A stretch of 64,000 nucleotides of DNA from a virus, in IMG/VR virus record IMGVR_UViG_3300009514_000004, positions 14,387 to 78,386 of that record; one strand, given 5' to 3'. Each line of letters opens with the position of its first letter. Position 1 is the stretch's first letter. The translations under genes and the position numbers were made by a program. The notes under the pieces were generated by a model. That model saw only the letters and a list, made by a program, of their open reading frames with translations, did not search any database and was not told the origin of the DNA. This document shows, one piece after another, positions 23,944 to 33,481 of this stretch.

Positions 23944-24557
23944 CAGCGCAGCTTCTCGAACAGCGCCTCGTCACCGTCGCAGTGGGTCCGCAGTCGATCG
24001 AGCCAGGCGCGTGTCTTGACTTTGAACATCAGCGGGCGTCCTGGAGTCGCCAACGGTCCTTTGGCGACGACCCCTTCGACGGACATGCCGGGGAGCGTCC
24101 CCTCTCGGATCTGCTGTTCGAGGTCGGCGGTCATCGCTCCGTGGTGGAGCATCGCCGCGTGCTCGACGTCACCGAAGTGCTTGAGGAAGAGCTTGGGCGG
24201 CAGGATCCCTTTGGGATGGATGGCGACGTCGATCAAAGTGACCGTCTGGGCCTCAGTCTCCTCATGGTTGCCGGCGAAACTCGAAGGCCCCCACAGCTCG
24301 AAGAAGGCCGTGGCCTTCTGGGCCCGCAGGCCCCTGAAAATTCGGGGCAGGAGGTCGCCGTACTTGTCGAGGACGAGCTGCGGCGCCTGGACCAGGTGGG
24401 GGTTGCTGTCGTCCAGGAGGGCCTTGCGGCGCCCGAACTTCCAGAAACCCTTTTTCCGGCTCCACTCGGCGCGGATGTTCGACCCGTCGAGTTTGTCGAA
24501 CACGTACACGGACGTGCCTCGAGGCACTACAGGGCTGATTGTCGGGTAGGTTTTCAT
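23943..24557 (-). CDS. Rnl2-like ATP-dependent RNA ligase (nucleotidyltransferase core)
   Basis: Motif I FDKLDGSN; FFELWG; EGVV; MFKVK. Confidence 0.82.
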   Translation of the reverse strand: MKTYPTISPVVPRGTSVYVFDKLDGSNIRAEWSRKKGFWKFGRRKALLDDSNPHLVQAPQLVLDKYGDLLPRIFRGLRAQKATAFFELWGPSSFAGNHEETEAQTVTLIDVAIHPKGILPPKLFLKHFGDVEHAAMLHHGAMTADLEQQIREGTLPGMSVEGVVAKGPLATPGRPLMFKVKTRAWLDRLRTHCDGDEALFEKLR

Positions 24558-24573
24558 GAGGCGCCCAGGGTAA

Positions 24574-24861
24574 TCACCACCCGTCGTCGCAGGCGACGAG
24601 GTTGGACACCGCCAGTCGAAGCTCGTCGAACTCCTCTTCGGTGTAGGCAGGGGTCTCCCGCGTGTCGGTGCGCGTCAGCGAAAGGAGCTGTAGGAAGAAG
24701 ACCTCGGGCCTGATATCGTAGCCATCTGGCTCGGTCACGTGGAAGACCGCTTCCAGCTCGGGCTCAGACGCGTCGTCATTCTGTCGGACTCCGATCACGC
24801 GCACCAGGCGTCGGCCATCGGTGGCGTGGTCGGAGTCGACAGTTTTGATGGTCAAGGGCAT
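24574..24861 (-). CDS. hypothetical protein
   Basis: RBS GGAGG. Confidence 0.65.
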   Translation of the reverse strand: MPLTIKTVDSDHATDGRRLVRVIGVRQNDDASEPELEAVFHVTEPDGYDIRPEVFFLQLLSLTRTDTRETPAYTEEEFDELRLAVSNLVACDDGW

Positions 24862-24889
24862 GTCGACCTCCGATGGAGGACGGACGCGG

Positions 24890-25396
24890 CTAGGCCGCGT
24901 TCGCCTTCGGATCGGTGCCGGCGCCCTTGACGGTGAGCTTGGCGCCCTTGACCTTGACGGACTTGCGCACGCGCGTCCGGGGAAGGGTCGCGATGACCTC
25001 GTCCTTGAGCCGCTGCTGCGCCTCGGCGACGCCAGTCTCCTTGAGCAGCTCCTTGGACGCGTCCTTGCCGAGCGCCATGGCCTGCTTCATCACGTCCCCG
25101 ATGAGGTCGAGGGCACCATCGCGGGTCACGCCCATGCGCTTGATGAGTAGGGCCATGGCCGCGAGCATCGGGATGCTGCACGTCGGGGCCTTGTCCGTGT
25201 CGTGGCCGATGTCGACCTGGTCGATCTCCAGCTGGAGGTCGATGACCAGGCCCTTGAGGGTCTGGTCGGGCTGTGCGAGGTCGCGAAGGTCACCGCTGCC
25301 GGCGGTCTTCGTGAGGGTCTTGAGCGCGCTTTTGACGCCTTCCTGACAGGCCAGGAGGATCTCGGGCTGGCTCGGGAGTGGGGTGTTACTGGTCAT
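24890..25396 (-). CDS. hypothetical protein
   Basis: RBS AAGGAG before ATG 25396. Confidence 0.75.
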   Translation of the reverse strand: MTSNTPLPSQPEILLACQEGVKSALKTLTKTAGSGDLRDLAQPDQTLKGLVIDLQLEIDQVDIGHDTDKAPTCSIPMLAAMALLIKRMGVTRDGALDLIGDVMKQAMALGKDASKELLKETGVAEAQQRLKDEVIATLPRTRVRKSVKVKGAKLTVKGAGTDPKANAA

Positions 25397-25464
25397 GAGG
25401 TACTCCTTGGGCTCTCGGCCCGGTGGGTCTGAACTACCTACGCGATTGCCCGGCGTTCTAAGCA

Positions 25465-26361
25465 TCAGACCTCGATGTTTTGCCGGCGCTCCATCTCGCG
25501 CACGTAGGCCTTGTGCGCCCGGTGCCAGTCGCTCAGGCTCAGGAGCCGATGCGAGAAGAAACTCGGGTGGCCGTTGATGCTCCGCGGGCCCGCCTTGTCT
25601 ATGTACTCCCAGATCACCCCCAGGTTGCGCCAGAAAACCCCGCGAAGCGCCCCCTCATACAGGTTGCAGGTCCGGTTGGTCTTGAGCCACTCCTCGAGCT
25701 TGGCCCGCTGAGAGGCGTTGTCCGTCTCGTACTGGGCCATGGTCACGGTGCGGTGGAACTCGAGGGCTTCCTCATGTTTCCGGTCGACCTCCTCGCAGGC
25801 CTTCGCGTGGGCAGCCTCGGCGTCGGCGTGCTCTTGTAGAGCCTCCTGGTGCTCGAGACGGCGCACCTCGTTGTCGTTGTCGACGCTCGCCAGGTACCGG
25901 GCCTTCTCGTCTTCGGTGGCGTGCTCCCACTCGATGTTCGAGTCGATGGTCGCGATGACCTTGGGGTCTGGTTCGGCCAGCTCGGGCTCCGGTGGAGGCT
26001 CCTGGTCGAAGACTGGGTAGGTGGGCTTGTCTGGTTCGGGCGGCGGCGGAGGCATCTCGGGCTTGGGCCCGGGGTCGACCAGGAGGTCTTTGGCCAGCTC
26101 CCGGACCTCGTCGGGTACCTCCATGCCTCCAAGGGCGATGCACATGAAAACCATCGGGATGTCGCGCGGATTGGTCACATGCGCCGAGGTGTAGATGGCG
26201 TTGCCGATCAGGTTGTTGACGAAGTCGCGCAGCTCTTCGTCCGTGCTGGGCTCGAACTCGTGGGGCGTGACCCCGAGGGCTTCCAGCTCGGCGACGGCGG
26301 CTTTGAACTCCTCCTGGGTGGGAGTGTCCTGGGGCCCGTGAATGGCGTAGGTGTTGGACAT
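25465..26361 (-). CDS. hypothetical protein with Pro-rich and coiled-coil insert
   Basis: GC3 bias; coupled to the vWA gene. Confidence 0.75.
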   Translation of the reverse strand: MSNTYAIHGPQDTPTQEEFKAAVAELEALGVTPHEFEPSTDEELRDFVNNLIGNAIYTSAHVTNPRDIPMVFMCIALGGMEVPDEVRELAKDLLVDPGPKPEMPPPPPEPDKPTYPVFDQEPPPEPELAEPDPKVIATIDSNIEWEHATEDEKARYLASVDNDNEVRRLEHQEALQEHADAEAAHAKACEEVDRKHEEALEFHRTVTMAQYETDNASQRAKLEEWLKTNRTCNLYEGALRGVFWRNLGVIWEYIDKAGPRSINGHPSFFSHRLLSLSDWHRAHKAYVREMERRQNIEV

Positions 26362-28907
26362 CAGGCGACTCCGATGACCCGCGCATCCATTAGCTCGCTG
26401 ATGCGCTCGATGAGCATGTTGGGGATGTCAGCGATGGTCTCGGAGTACACGTGGCCCGTGCCTTTGATGTCGTCGTTGGGGCACAGGGTCTCGACGTACT
26501 GGGCTCCCGTACCCACCCCGACGAACACCACGAAGATGCCCTGAGCCGACGCCTGGCGGAGCTGCCACTTGATGACCGGTCGGTGGTTCCCGTTGGGCTG
26601 ACCGTCGGTGATGACGAACATGAACTTGTGGGTCTCGGGCCGTTTCTTGAGGGCGTCGAGGCCGAACTGGACGCCGTCGGACATCGGCGTGCCGCCCACC
26701 GCCAGGGTGTTGGCGAACCGCCACCGGACCTCGGAGAACCGTTCGTCGAACGCCTTGAACAGGTCGTGGCGGATCGACTCCCAGCGGTGGTATTCACCTT
26801 CGTCTCCCGGCTCCGGCGACTGGTAGTTGCGCCCGTTACGGAAGCCGGCGACCTGTACCGCGCACTGGAGGGCGTCCAGAGGCTCGGTGATGGCGATCAT
26901 CATCTGGGTCGCCAGCTTGCGCAGGTGGGACATCGAGCTGGACTCGTCCATGACGACCGTGGCCGCCATCGAGGTGTCGACCCGGTGGGCGCGCTGGTAG
27001 TAGGCCCGCGTGGGCATCCGGCCTTGCATGAGGGAGACCCGGCTGTCGACCAGGTACTTCTCCGACAGGCCACGACCCCGGCGCGTGCCGTGGACCGTGC
27101 TCGTCATACGCATTGCCCGGAAGAGCGTCCGCATCCGCGCTCGGAGGTAGGCCGCTTCCATCTTCACCTCCTTGTAGAGGCGGTCGGCGGCCCGCCTGTC
27201 GTGGTCCTTGCCCTGGGCGGACGGGGCGACGAATTCGACCTCGTCCTGGGTGACGTCGTAGGGGTTCCAGCGGCGCTCCCCGACCTCCTCGACCTCCTCC
27301 TGCTCTTCGCGGGTCTGGTCGAACTCCTCCTGGAGCGCGGTGTTGTTGTTCAGGAGGCCCGTGGGCTTGCCTGATGCGGCGTCCTGAAGAACGCCCTGAG
27401 CGAACTCCTCGAAGTCGAATCCAGGGACCGGACCGTCGTGGTACTGGTGTCCACCGGCCCCGCGGCCCGGCTGGTCGCCACTGCCATCCCACTCGTCGCC
27501 GATCTGTCCTTCACCGGACGGGTCCCCACTTCCGGACTCTCCGCCCGCGCCCTGACCCTTGCCGTCCTTCCCCTGACCCTGACCCGGGCCGTCTCCGTCC
27601 TGTTGGCCGGCGCCGGCACCCTTGCCGTCACCTTTACCGTCCTTGCCAGCGCCTTCGCCGTCCTTGCCGTCCTTGCCGGCACCTTTGCCAGCATCTTTGC
27701 CGTCTTTGCCGTCCTTTCCCTTGCCCTTCTTGCCGAAGCCCTCCATCCGGATGCCTTTCCCAGGCTTCCCTTTGCCGGAGCCCTGGCCGGGCTTGCCCTT
27801 CTTGAGCTTGACGTCCTTCTGCCAGCCACAGTCGGTGCAGGTGATGACGCCGCGGCTCTTGTCCCGGTGCCCGCGTCCGTCCGATTTGGGTCGGATGACC
27901 AGCTTGTCCTGGTCCGCGCCGCAGGAGGGGCACTCGTGCCCCGGGCTTTGGCCTTCGCCACCCTGTCCATCACCCTGTCCATCACCCTGTCCATCACCCT
28001 GTCCGTCCTTGCGCTTCTTGCCTTGCTCGCTGAGCTGGGACAGCTCGGCGATGACGTCCAGGGCGATGCGGATACAGCCCAGGTCGTCGCCGACTTTCAT
28101 GTCGATGCACTCGCGCAGCATCGGCGACAGAGGTCCGTCGAGGACTATTTCGACGGCTTCTGGGCGCTTCTTGCGGTACTCGTCGAGGACCTCGACCTGG
28201 AGGTCGGTGACGTACCCGAGACCCACGTCGCGGAACGTGCGCGACACGATGGAGAGGTCGGAGTCGATTTGGGCCGCCCGGACCCCGTGTGCTCGCGCGG
28301 ATTCCGCGCTCTCCCGCTCTTTCCGGAGGATGAAGTCTTGGAGGTCATGGAGCTTGGTGTCGGTGCCGGGGAAATCCTCGCGTCCGCGGCGCTCGATCCA
28401 GATGTCGTCGGCGATGTTGGCCCACTCGAGCAGCGATCCGGCGTAGGGGGCCCAGTTGGGCACCTTGGCCCAGCGAGGGAGGATGAGCTTGCAGGCCTCG
28501 GCGACGGAGATGTCGCGCCGGCAGCTGTACCGGGTGTGGAACCCCTCATGGTACGCGCCGCCTGTGAGCGCCATGGCCGTCCGGATGGTCAGGCGCTCCG
28601 GCGTGCTTGCGATGACGATCTCGGGGTTGAGGACCTGCTCGGCGTTGGCGTGCCGCACCCAGTCGGCGACTTCGCGTCGCGTGGGCATACTGTTGGGGTT
28701 GGCCCCGGCCCACTTGCACATCTGGTCCAGGAGGATGCGGCCCGTCCAGCGATCCTTGTTGTAGAAGAGGGCGCCCTTCGAAAAGACCGGGCGCGTCTCC
28801 TTACCGAGGATAGCCGTCACCGACTCCTTGTGGGACTGACGGTACTGAGAACCGCGGATGGTTGGGTTCTCCGCCGTGGTTTGATGGGGTATGGGTAGTG
28901 CTGTCAT
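26361..28907 (-). CDS. CobT-like vWA protein with Gly/Asp/Lys low-complexity linker
   Basis: VVMDESSSM (MIDAS), T and TDG motifs; RBS GGAGGT. Confidence 0.85.
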   Translation of the reverse strand: MTALPIPHQTTAENPTIRGSQYRQSHKESVTAILGKETRPVFSKGALFYNKDRWTGRILLDQMCKWAGANPNSMPTRREVADWVRHANAEQVLNPEIVIASTPERLTIRTAMALTGGAYHEGFHTRYSCRRDISVAEACKLILPRWAKVPNWAPYAGSLLEWANIADDIWIERRGREDFPGTDTKLHDLQDFILRKERESAESARAHGVRAAQIDSDLSIVSRTFRDVGLGYVTDLQVEVLDEYRKKRPEAVEIVLDGPLSPMLRECIDMKVGDDLGCIRIALDVIAELSQLSEQGKKRKDGQGDGQGDGQGDGQGGEGQSPGHECPSCGADQDKLVIRPKSDGRGHRDKSRGVITCTDCGWQKDVKLKKGKPGQGSGKGKPGKGIRMEGFGKKGKGKDGKDGKDAGKGAGKDGKDGEGAGKDGKGDGKGAGAGQQDGDGPGQGQGKDGKGQGAGGESGSGDPSGEGQIGDEWDGSGDQPGRGAGGHQYHDGPVPGFDFEEFAQGVLQDAASGKPTGLLNNNTALQEEFDQTREEQEEVEEVGERRWNPYDVTQDEVEFVAPSAQGKDHDRRAADRLYKEVKMEAAYLRARMRTLFRAMRMTSTVHGTRRGRGLSEKYLVDSRVSLMQGRMPTRAYYQRAHRVDTSMAATVVMDESSSMSHLRKLATQMMIAITEPLDALQCAVQVAGFRNGRNYQSPEPGDEGEYHRWESIRHDLFKAFDERFSEVRWRFANTLAVGGTPMSDGVQFGLDALKKRPETHKFMFVITDGQPNGNHRPVIKWQLRQASAQGIFVVFVGVGTGAQYVETLCPNDDIKGTGHVYSETIADIPNMLIERISELMDARVIGVA
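27959..28004 (-). repeat. 12-nt tandem repeat (about 3.8 copies) encoding GQGD
   Basis: CACCCTGTCCAT repeated. Confidence 0.9.
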
Positions 28908-29043
28908 GGTCACCTCCGCTCTAACTACGCTATGGGCGGCGAAACTAAGCAGGTGAGAAAATTTGCTTACTGGGGCTGGTAATCGCGTAGGTAGAGCGAA
29001 CCATCGTAGCTCAGCCCTTGGGGCGTAGCTCAGAAGGAGCAGT

Positions 29044-30282
29044 ATGAACATCAAAGCGCTTGCCGCCGCAACTCCGGTCGTCTGTGCCGAATGCGGTCAC
29101 GAGGCCCACTACCTACCGAACCACCTGCTCGAGGAGCACGGCCTCTCCCAGAAGGAGTACGAGGCCAAGCACCCGGGCTCGCCTTCCATGTCCAAGGAGT
29201 TCGAGAAAGAGTTCCTCAAGGGCGTCAAGAAGGCGGACCAAATCGCCGCGCCCCCGCCGGAGGCTCTGAGCATCAAGTTCGGCGGCGTCCGGTTCCCTGT
29301 GAACCCCGACGTCCCGGAAGCCGACTGCCTTCCCATGCCGGACCACTACATGACGCCCCAGCATGGGCAGCTGTCCACCGACATCCACCACGCGTGCGTG
29401 TCACTCCGTAAGGGTCGGCACACCCTTATCTGGGGGCTCCCGGGCTCGGGCAAGGACGCCTGTCTGTCGGCTCTGTCGGCGGTCACACGACGCCCGGCCG
29501 GGCTGTTCAACATCAAGCCCGGCGTCGACATCCAGAGCTGGTTCTACAGCCGGTCCTTCGACAAGGAGGGGACTTCCTGGGAAGAGGGCAAGCTCCTCAA
29601 GATGCTCAGGGACGGGTACACGACGCGCACCGGGCGCCGCATCCCTTTCATGGTCGTCATCTCCGACCTCGACCGCGCGGACCTCGCGCAGGCCGAGCAC
29701 CTCCGCCTCATCCTCGACTCCATCCAGGGTCGGGTCGAGGGGCCTGGTGGTGAGGTCTCCCCGATTTTCCCGGGGACCATCATCGCGGCGACGGCCAACT
29801 CCATCGGCGCCGGCGACGTCCGCGGGCGCTGCATCTCGGCCAATCCCATCGACGCCTCCATCCTGGACCGGTTCGAGCGCAAGTTCGAGTTCGCCATGAT
29901 GGACTGGAAAGACGAGGGGAAGATCGCCCGCGCGAAGTTCCCGCTTCTGGTCGAGAACTGCCCGGGCATCTTCGACCCGGTCGGCAAGGGCACTGACGCC
30001 ATGCGTCAGGCCGTCGCCAACGGGCAGGTGTTCACGGAGTTCAGCCACCGCGCCGTCTGCGCCTGGCTGGGACACGCCCAGGACATCATCGAGGTCACGG
30101 GTGCCAAGCCCAAGAACCTCCTCAAAAAGGCCGCCAAGTGCGTGCTCGACGGTCTCCCGGACCAGATCACCAAAGAGAAGGTCAAGAAGATCCTCGACCC
30201 GTGCCTCAAGGGGGGCATCCTCGAGGAGGGTGACACCTCGTTCATCAAGACCGGCAAGCAGAAGCTCGCCGCGGGCTGGTAG
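29044..30282 (+). CDS. CobS/MoxR-like AAA+ ATPase with N-terminal Zn finger
   Basis: GLPGSGKD, ATANSIGAG and NPIDASILDRF; N-terminal CAEC...H....HG..EY. Confidence 0.88.
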   Translation: MNIKALAAATPVVCAECGHEAHYLPNHLLEEHGLSQKEYEAKHPGSPSMSKEFEKEFLKGVKKADQIAAPPPEALSIKFGGVRFPVNPDVPEADCLPMPDHYMTPQHGQLSTDIHHACVSLRKGRHTLIWGLPGSGKDACLSALSAVTRRPAGLFNIKPGVDIQSWFYSRSFDKEGTSWEEGKLLKMLRDGYTTRTGRRIPFMVVISDLDRADLAQAEHLRLILDSIQGRVEGPGGEVSPIFPGTIIAATANSIGAGDVRGRCISANPIDASILDRFERKFEFAMMDWKDEGKIARAKFPLLVENCPGIFDPVGKGTDAMRQAVANGQVFTEFSHRAVCAWLGHAQDIIEVTGAKPKNLLKKAAKCVLDGLPDQITKEKVKKILDPCLKGGILEEGDTSFIKTGKQKLAAGW

Positions 30283-30351
30283 TAGAGTATCTACCAGCAC
30301 AACCCAGAGTCTCAGTCCCCTGCGGGGGACGTAGCCCAAGGGGAAACCAAC

Positions 30352-31242
30352 ATGGCCAAGCAGCACGACATCTCAGCTCAGAATTTCCGCGAGCCGCTCC
30401 TCCAGGCGCTGGCGACGCTGTCTGGGTTCACAGCCCACCAATCCGTGAAGCACAAGGAGACCTTCGGGCCCGTCTGCTCCACCATGGGCATCACCCTGGA
30501 CCAGTACGGCAACCAGCAGAACACGGGCCTGCCCTGGGTCCAGAAGTGGATCGGCTGGGCATACAAGGAACTGAAAAAGGAAGGCCTGGCGGCCACGACC
30601 GACGGCGCCGGGATGCGTATCCCTCGAGGCTGGTGGGCCCTGACCACCCAAGGCGTCGACGAAGCGCGCAAGCTCGCCGGTGACCAACCCACGGACCCGG
30701 CGCCGCCGGCCGAAGAGGATGTTCCGATTCTCGCCAACGGTGAGGACGACCGGGCACCCGACCAGGTCGTCAGCTACCACGAGGACCCGTACATCCGCGG
30801 GCTGGCGATCGGTCAGAGCCCCTGTTTCGGGACCGTGAGTTCACGGTCGACCGTCTGCGCCCGGTGCCCACTGCGTCGCGAGTGCGAGGTCCAGCTCCAG
30901 ACCCTGATGTCGGCCTTCGCCGTCCAGGTCGACGGTGCCCTGGTGGCGTTCCGGGCCATGGAGAACCAGCCGGCGCCGGAGGCCAAGAAGGTCGAGTCCA
31001 AGGAAGACCCCAAGGCCAAGGTCGCCGAGGACATCGCCGACTTCCTGGGTGCCGAGCGGGTCAAGGCGGCCAAGAGCGGGCGCCTGCGAGTCAAAAGCGT
31101 GGACGTCGCCCACGAAGCCGTCTGCGCCGCGTGCAGTCAGACCATCCCCAAGGGCGGGAAGGGAAAGTGGGTGCGCTCTGACGACAAGACGACGGGCGGC
31201 ATCTATCACCCGCACTGCCTCGTCATCCAAGAAGGCCCCTGA
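30352..31242 (+). CDS. Mrr_N-like winged-helix plus Zn-binding domains
   Basis: PLLQAL...IGWA..ELKKEGL...RGWWALT..G; CARC..RREC; CAAC...YHPHC. Confidence 0.65.
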   Translation: MAKQHDISAQNFREPLLQALATLSGFTAHQSVKHKETFGPVCSTMGITLDQYGNQQNTGLPWVQKWIGWAYKELKKEGLAATTDGAGMRIPRGWWALTTQGVDEARKLAGDQPTDPAPPAEEDVPILANGEDDRAPDQVVSYHEDPYIRGLAIGQSPCFGTVSSRSTVCARCPLRRECEVQLQTLMSAFAVQVDGALVAFRAMENQPAPEAKKVESKEDPKAKVAEDIADFLGAERVKAAKSGRLRVKSVDVAHEAVCAACSQTIPKGGKGKWVRSDDKTTGGIYHPHCLVIQEGP

Positions 31243-31751
31243 TGTCGCTCGCACGAGTCCTAGACGAGCTGGGTCTAACCCTCGACAGCCTCATCCGGCT
31301 GTTCGAGGACCTGCTCGATCAAGACCTCTCTGCGGCCGACACCGCGGAGTTGGTCGACATCGGCCAATGCCTTTGGGGGTTGGCCGACACGGCCAACCAG
31401 TCGCTCGTGACCGTCAAAGCCCGCCTCCGCGTCCTCGCCCTGGCGAGGGGGGACGGTGCGCCTGGCCCGCGAAGGTTCGCCGGCCGCGACGGTGAGGAGA
31501 CCTGCCTGGTCACGGTCCCCTCCCGGCGGGTCGTGCTCCGCAAGGGCACCGACATCGACAGGCTCCGGGACCTCTTGGGAGATCAGTTCGACGTGTACTT
31601 CGACCGCAAGGTCAAGTACGCCCCGCGCAAGGATTTCCAGAGCCGCATCGTCGAGATGGACGACAAGGCCCTGGCCGCTCAGCTCCTGGACGCGGTCGAC
31701 GTCGAAGACGGCACCCCTCGAGTGTCCTTTCCGAAGAGGAACAAGTCGTGA
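31242..31751 (+). CDS. hypothetical protein
   Basis: Coupled ORF. Confidence 0.75.
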   Translation: MSLARVLDELGLTLDSLIRLFEDLLDQDLSAADTAELVDIGQCLWGLADTANQSLVTVKARLRVLALARGDGAPGPRRFAGRDGEETCLVTVPSRRVVLRKGTDIDRLRDLLGDQFDVYFDRKVKYAPRKDFQSRIVEMDDKALAAQLLDAVDVEDGTPRVSFPKRNKS

Positions 31752-32176
31752 GGCTGTTCCACTTCACCCACGAGGACCGCTTGCCCATCATCGAGGCGAA
31801 GGGGATCGCCAAGGGTGACGTGCCCACGAGCCCCGATGGCGGGTTCAATGCGCCGTGGTTCACGTCGGAGGACTCGTTCTTCAAACAGGCGTGGACGGCG
31901 ACGGCAGACCCTCGAATCGCCCTGGACAAGTCCGAGGTCAGGCTCACTGTCGAGATCCCCGACGACGACCCCAACCTCCAGTATTGGCCTGATGTCGCCA
32001 AGGCCGAGGGCGTCGAGGACTGGTGGTTCCAGGCACTCGATCGAACCGGCGACGGCAAGTCCGACTGCTGGTACATCTACCGGGGCGTGGTGCCTTGGGA
32101 GTGGGTCATGGCCATCGACTACAAGTCAGCGGTCCAGTACGGCGCTGGCAAGACCCTGAGCTTCGGGGATCGGTAG
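31748..32176 (+). CDS. hypothetical protein, possibly ART-like fold
   Basis: N-terminal LFHFT...L..I...G followed by APWFTS. Confidence 0.6.
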   Translation: MRLFHFTHEDRLPIIEAKGIAKGDVPTSPDGGFNAPWFTSEDSFFKQAWTATADPRIALDKSEVRLTVEIPDDDPNLQYWPDVAKAEGVEDWWFQALDRTGDGKSDCWYIYRGVVPWEWVMAIDYKSAVQYGAGKTLSFGDR

Positions 32177-32215
32177 ATGTCCTATCCCACGGGGTCTGTA
32201 GAACCCGGAGGGTGT

Positions 32216-32638
32216 ATGTCTTCCACAGGACCGAAGGCGCCGCGGCCCGGCGCGGTCGTCGAGCGCTTCCTCCAACGGAGAGCCTTCAAAGGCAACCCGC
32301 TGGACAACCAGGACCAGCGCAAAGCCGCACGGATGGTCAACCAGGTCATCGGGCGGGTCAACCTCCGTGGGTTCTTCAGCGACGAGTTCTGGCGCCCCGT
32401 CCAGGCGATCTGGAAGGCCCTGGGCGATGCCGGTCTTCCCTTCGCTATCACCAAGTCCGAGTACGAAGCGGCACCGGGCACCCGGTTCCCACCCATCCGC
32501 AAGGTGTGGACCTTCGAGATCCCCTACACCAACAAACGTGGCCGCAAGGCCACGGTGTACGGGCGGGTTGTGGCGGCAGGCGCCGGACCCGAGGAAGACC
32601 CCCTCTCCACCTACGATGTGACGGCTTATGCGAACTGA
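32216..32638 (+). CDS. hypothetical (probable internal virion) protein
   Basis: VVERFL motif; RBS GGAGG. Confidence 0.7.
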   Translation: MSSTGPKAPRPGAVVERFLQRRAFKGNPLDNQDQRKAARMVNQVIGRVNLRGFFSDEFWRPVQAIWKALGDAGLPFAITKSEYEAAPGTRFPPIRKVWTFEIPYTNKRGRKATVYGRVVAAGAGPEEDPLSTYDVTAYAN

Positions 32639-32858
32639 TCTACTGGTGCGGCGCGTGGTCGCCAGGTACCTCGAAGCCAACCCCACCATGTGCGGTCAGC
32701 AAATGCTGCGAGACCTTCTCGAGGAGGGCAAGCTCGAGGATGTCGAAGAGGACACCCGTCACGACGAGGTCCTCCGTCTCATCCAGCGGGTCTCCAAGGA
32801 GCAGTACCCCTGGGAGAAGGCCGCGCTCGGGATGAACCCGCCGAGTGGTATGTCCTAG
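32628..32858 (+). CDS. hypothetical protein
   Basis: RRVVARYLEA motif. Confidence 0.65.
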   Translation: MRTDLLVRRVVARYLEANPTMCGQQMLRDLLEEGKLEDVEEDTRHDEVLRLIQRVSKEQYPWEKAALGMNPPSGMS

Positions 32859-32860
32859 GA

Positions 32861-33454
32861 GTGCTCCGAGAGCTGCACATCTACGACTTCGACGGGACCT
32901 TGTTCCGCAGCCCCGACGAGCCCGACTGGTGGCCCAAGAACAAGCTCGGCTCGTTCTTTTTCCACCGGGCTTCGATGGGGTTCCCGACGGTCCCTAAGGA
33001 GCCCAACGGTCGTTGGTGGGTGCCCGAGGTCGTAGAAAAAGCGCGCCGGTCGATCGGCAACCCCGCGGTCTACACGATCATGGCCACCGGGCGATACGAC
33101 CAGGTCTACGGCGACCGCGTCCTCGAGCTTCTCGATCAGAAAGGGCTCGAGTTCGACCAGGTCCATTGCAACCCCAACGAGAGGACCAAGGTGTTCAAGC
33201 GCCGGTTGTTCCTCGGGGTCATCGCGGACCTCCCCGAGCTGGAGCGCATCGAGATCTGGGACGACCACAAGGAGTATCTCCAGGTGTACCTGGACGCCTT
33301 CTCTGACGAACATCCCGATCTCGACGTGTCCCCGACCTTGGTCGACGTCGACCCCCAGCAGCTCCCTGACACCCCAGCCAACCGGGCGGCCATTCAGGCG
33401 TTCCTGTCGGCAATGAAGGTCGCGGCGCGTTACGGCACGAGGTCTTTCGGGTAG
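32861..33454 (+). CDS. HAD phosphatase, Swiss-Army-Knife RNA-repair-like (HAD_SAK_1)
   Basis: HIYDFDGTLFRSP, WW, ATGR, FK and IEIWDD motifs. Confidence 0.78.
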   Translation: MLRELHIYDFDGTLFRSPDEPDWWPKNKLGSFFFHRASMGFPTVPKEPNGRWWVPEVVEKARRSIGNPAVYTIMATGRYDQVYGDRVLELLDQKGLEFDQVHCNPNERTKVFKRRLFLGVIADLPELERIEIWDDHKEYLQVYLDAFSDEHPDLDVSPTLVDVDPQQLPDTPANRAAIQAFLSAMKVAARYGTRSFG

Positions 33455-33481
33455 AACAAAGAGACCCGAGAGGCCCCTGAC

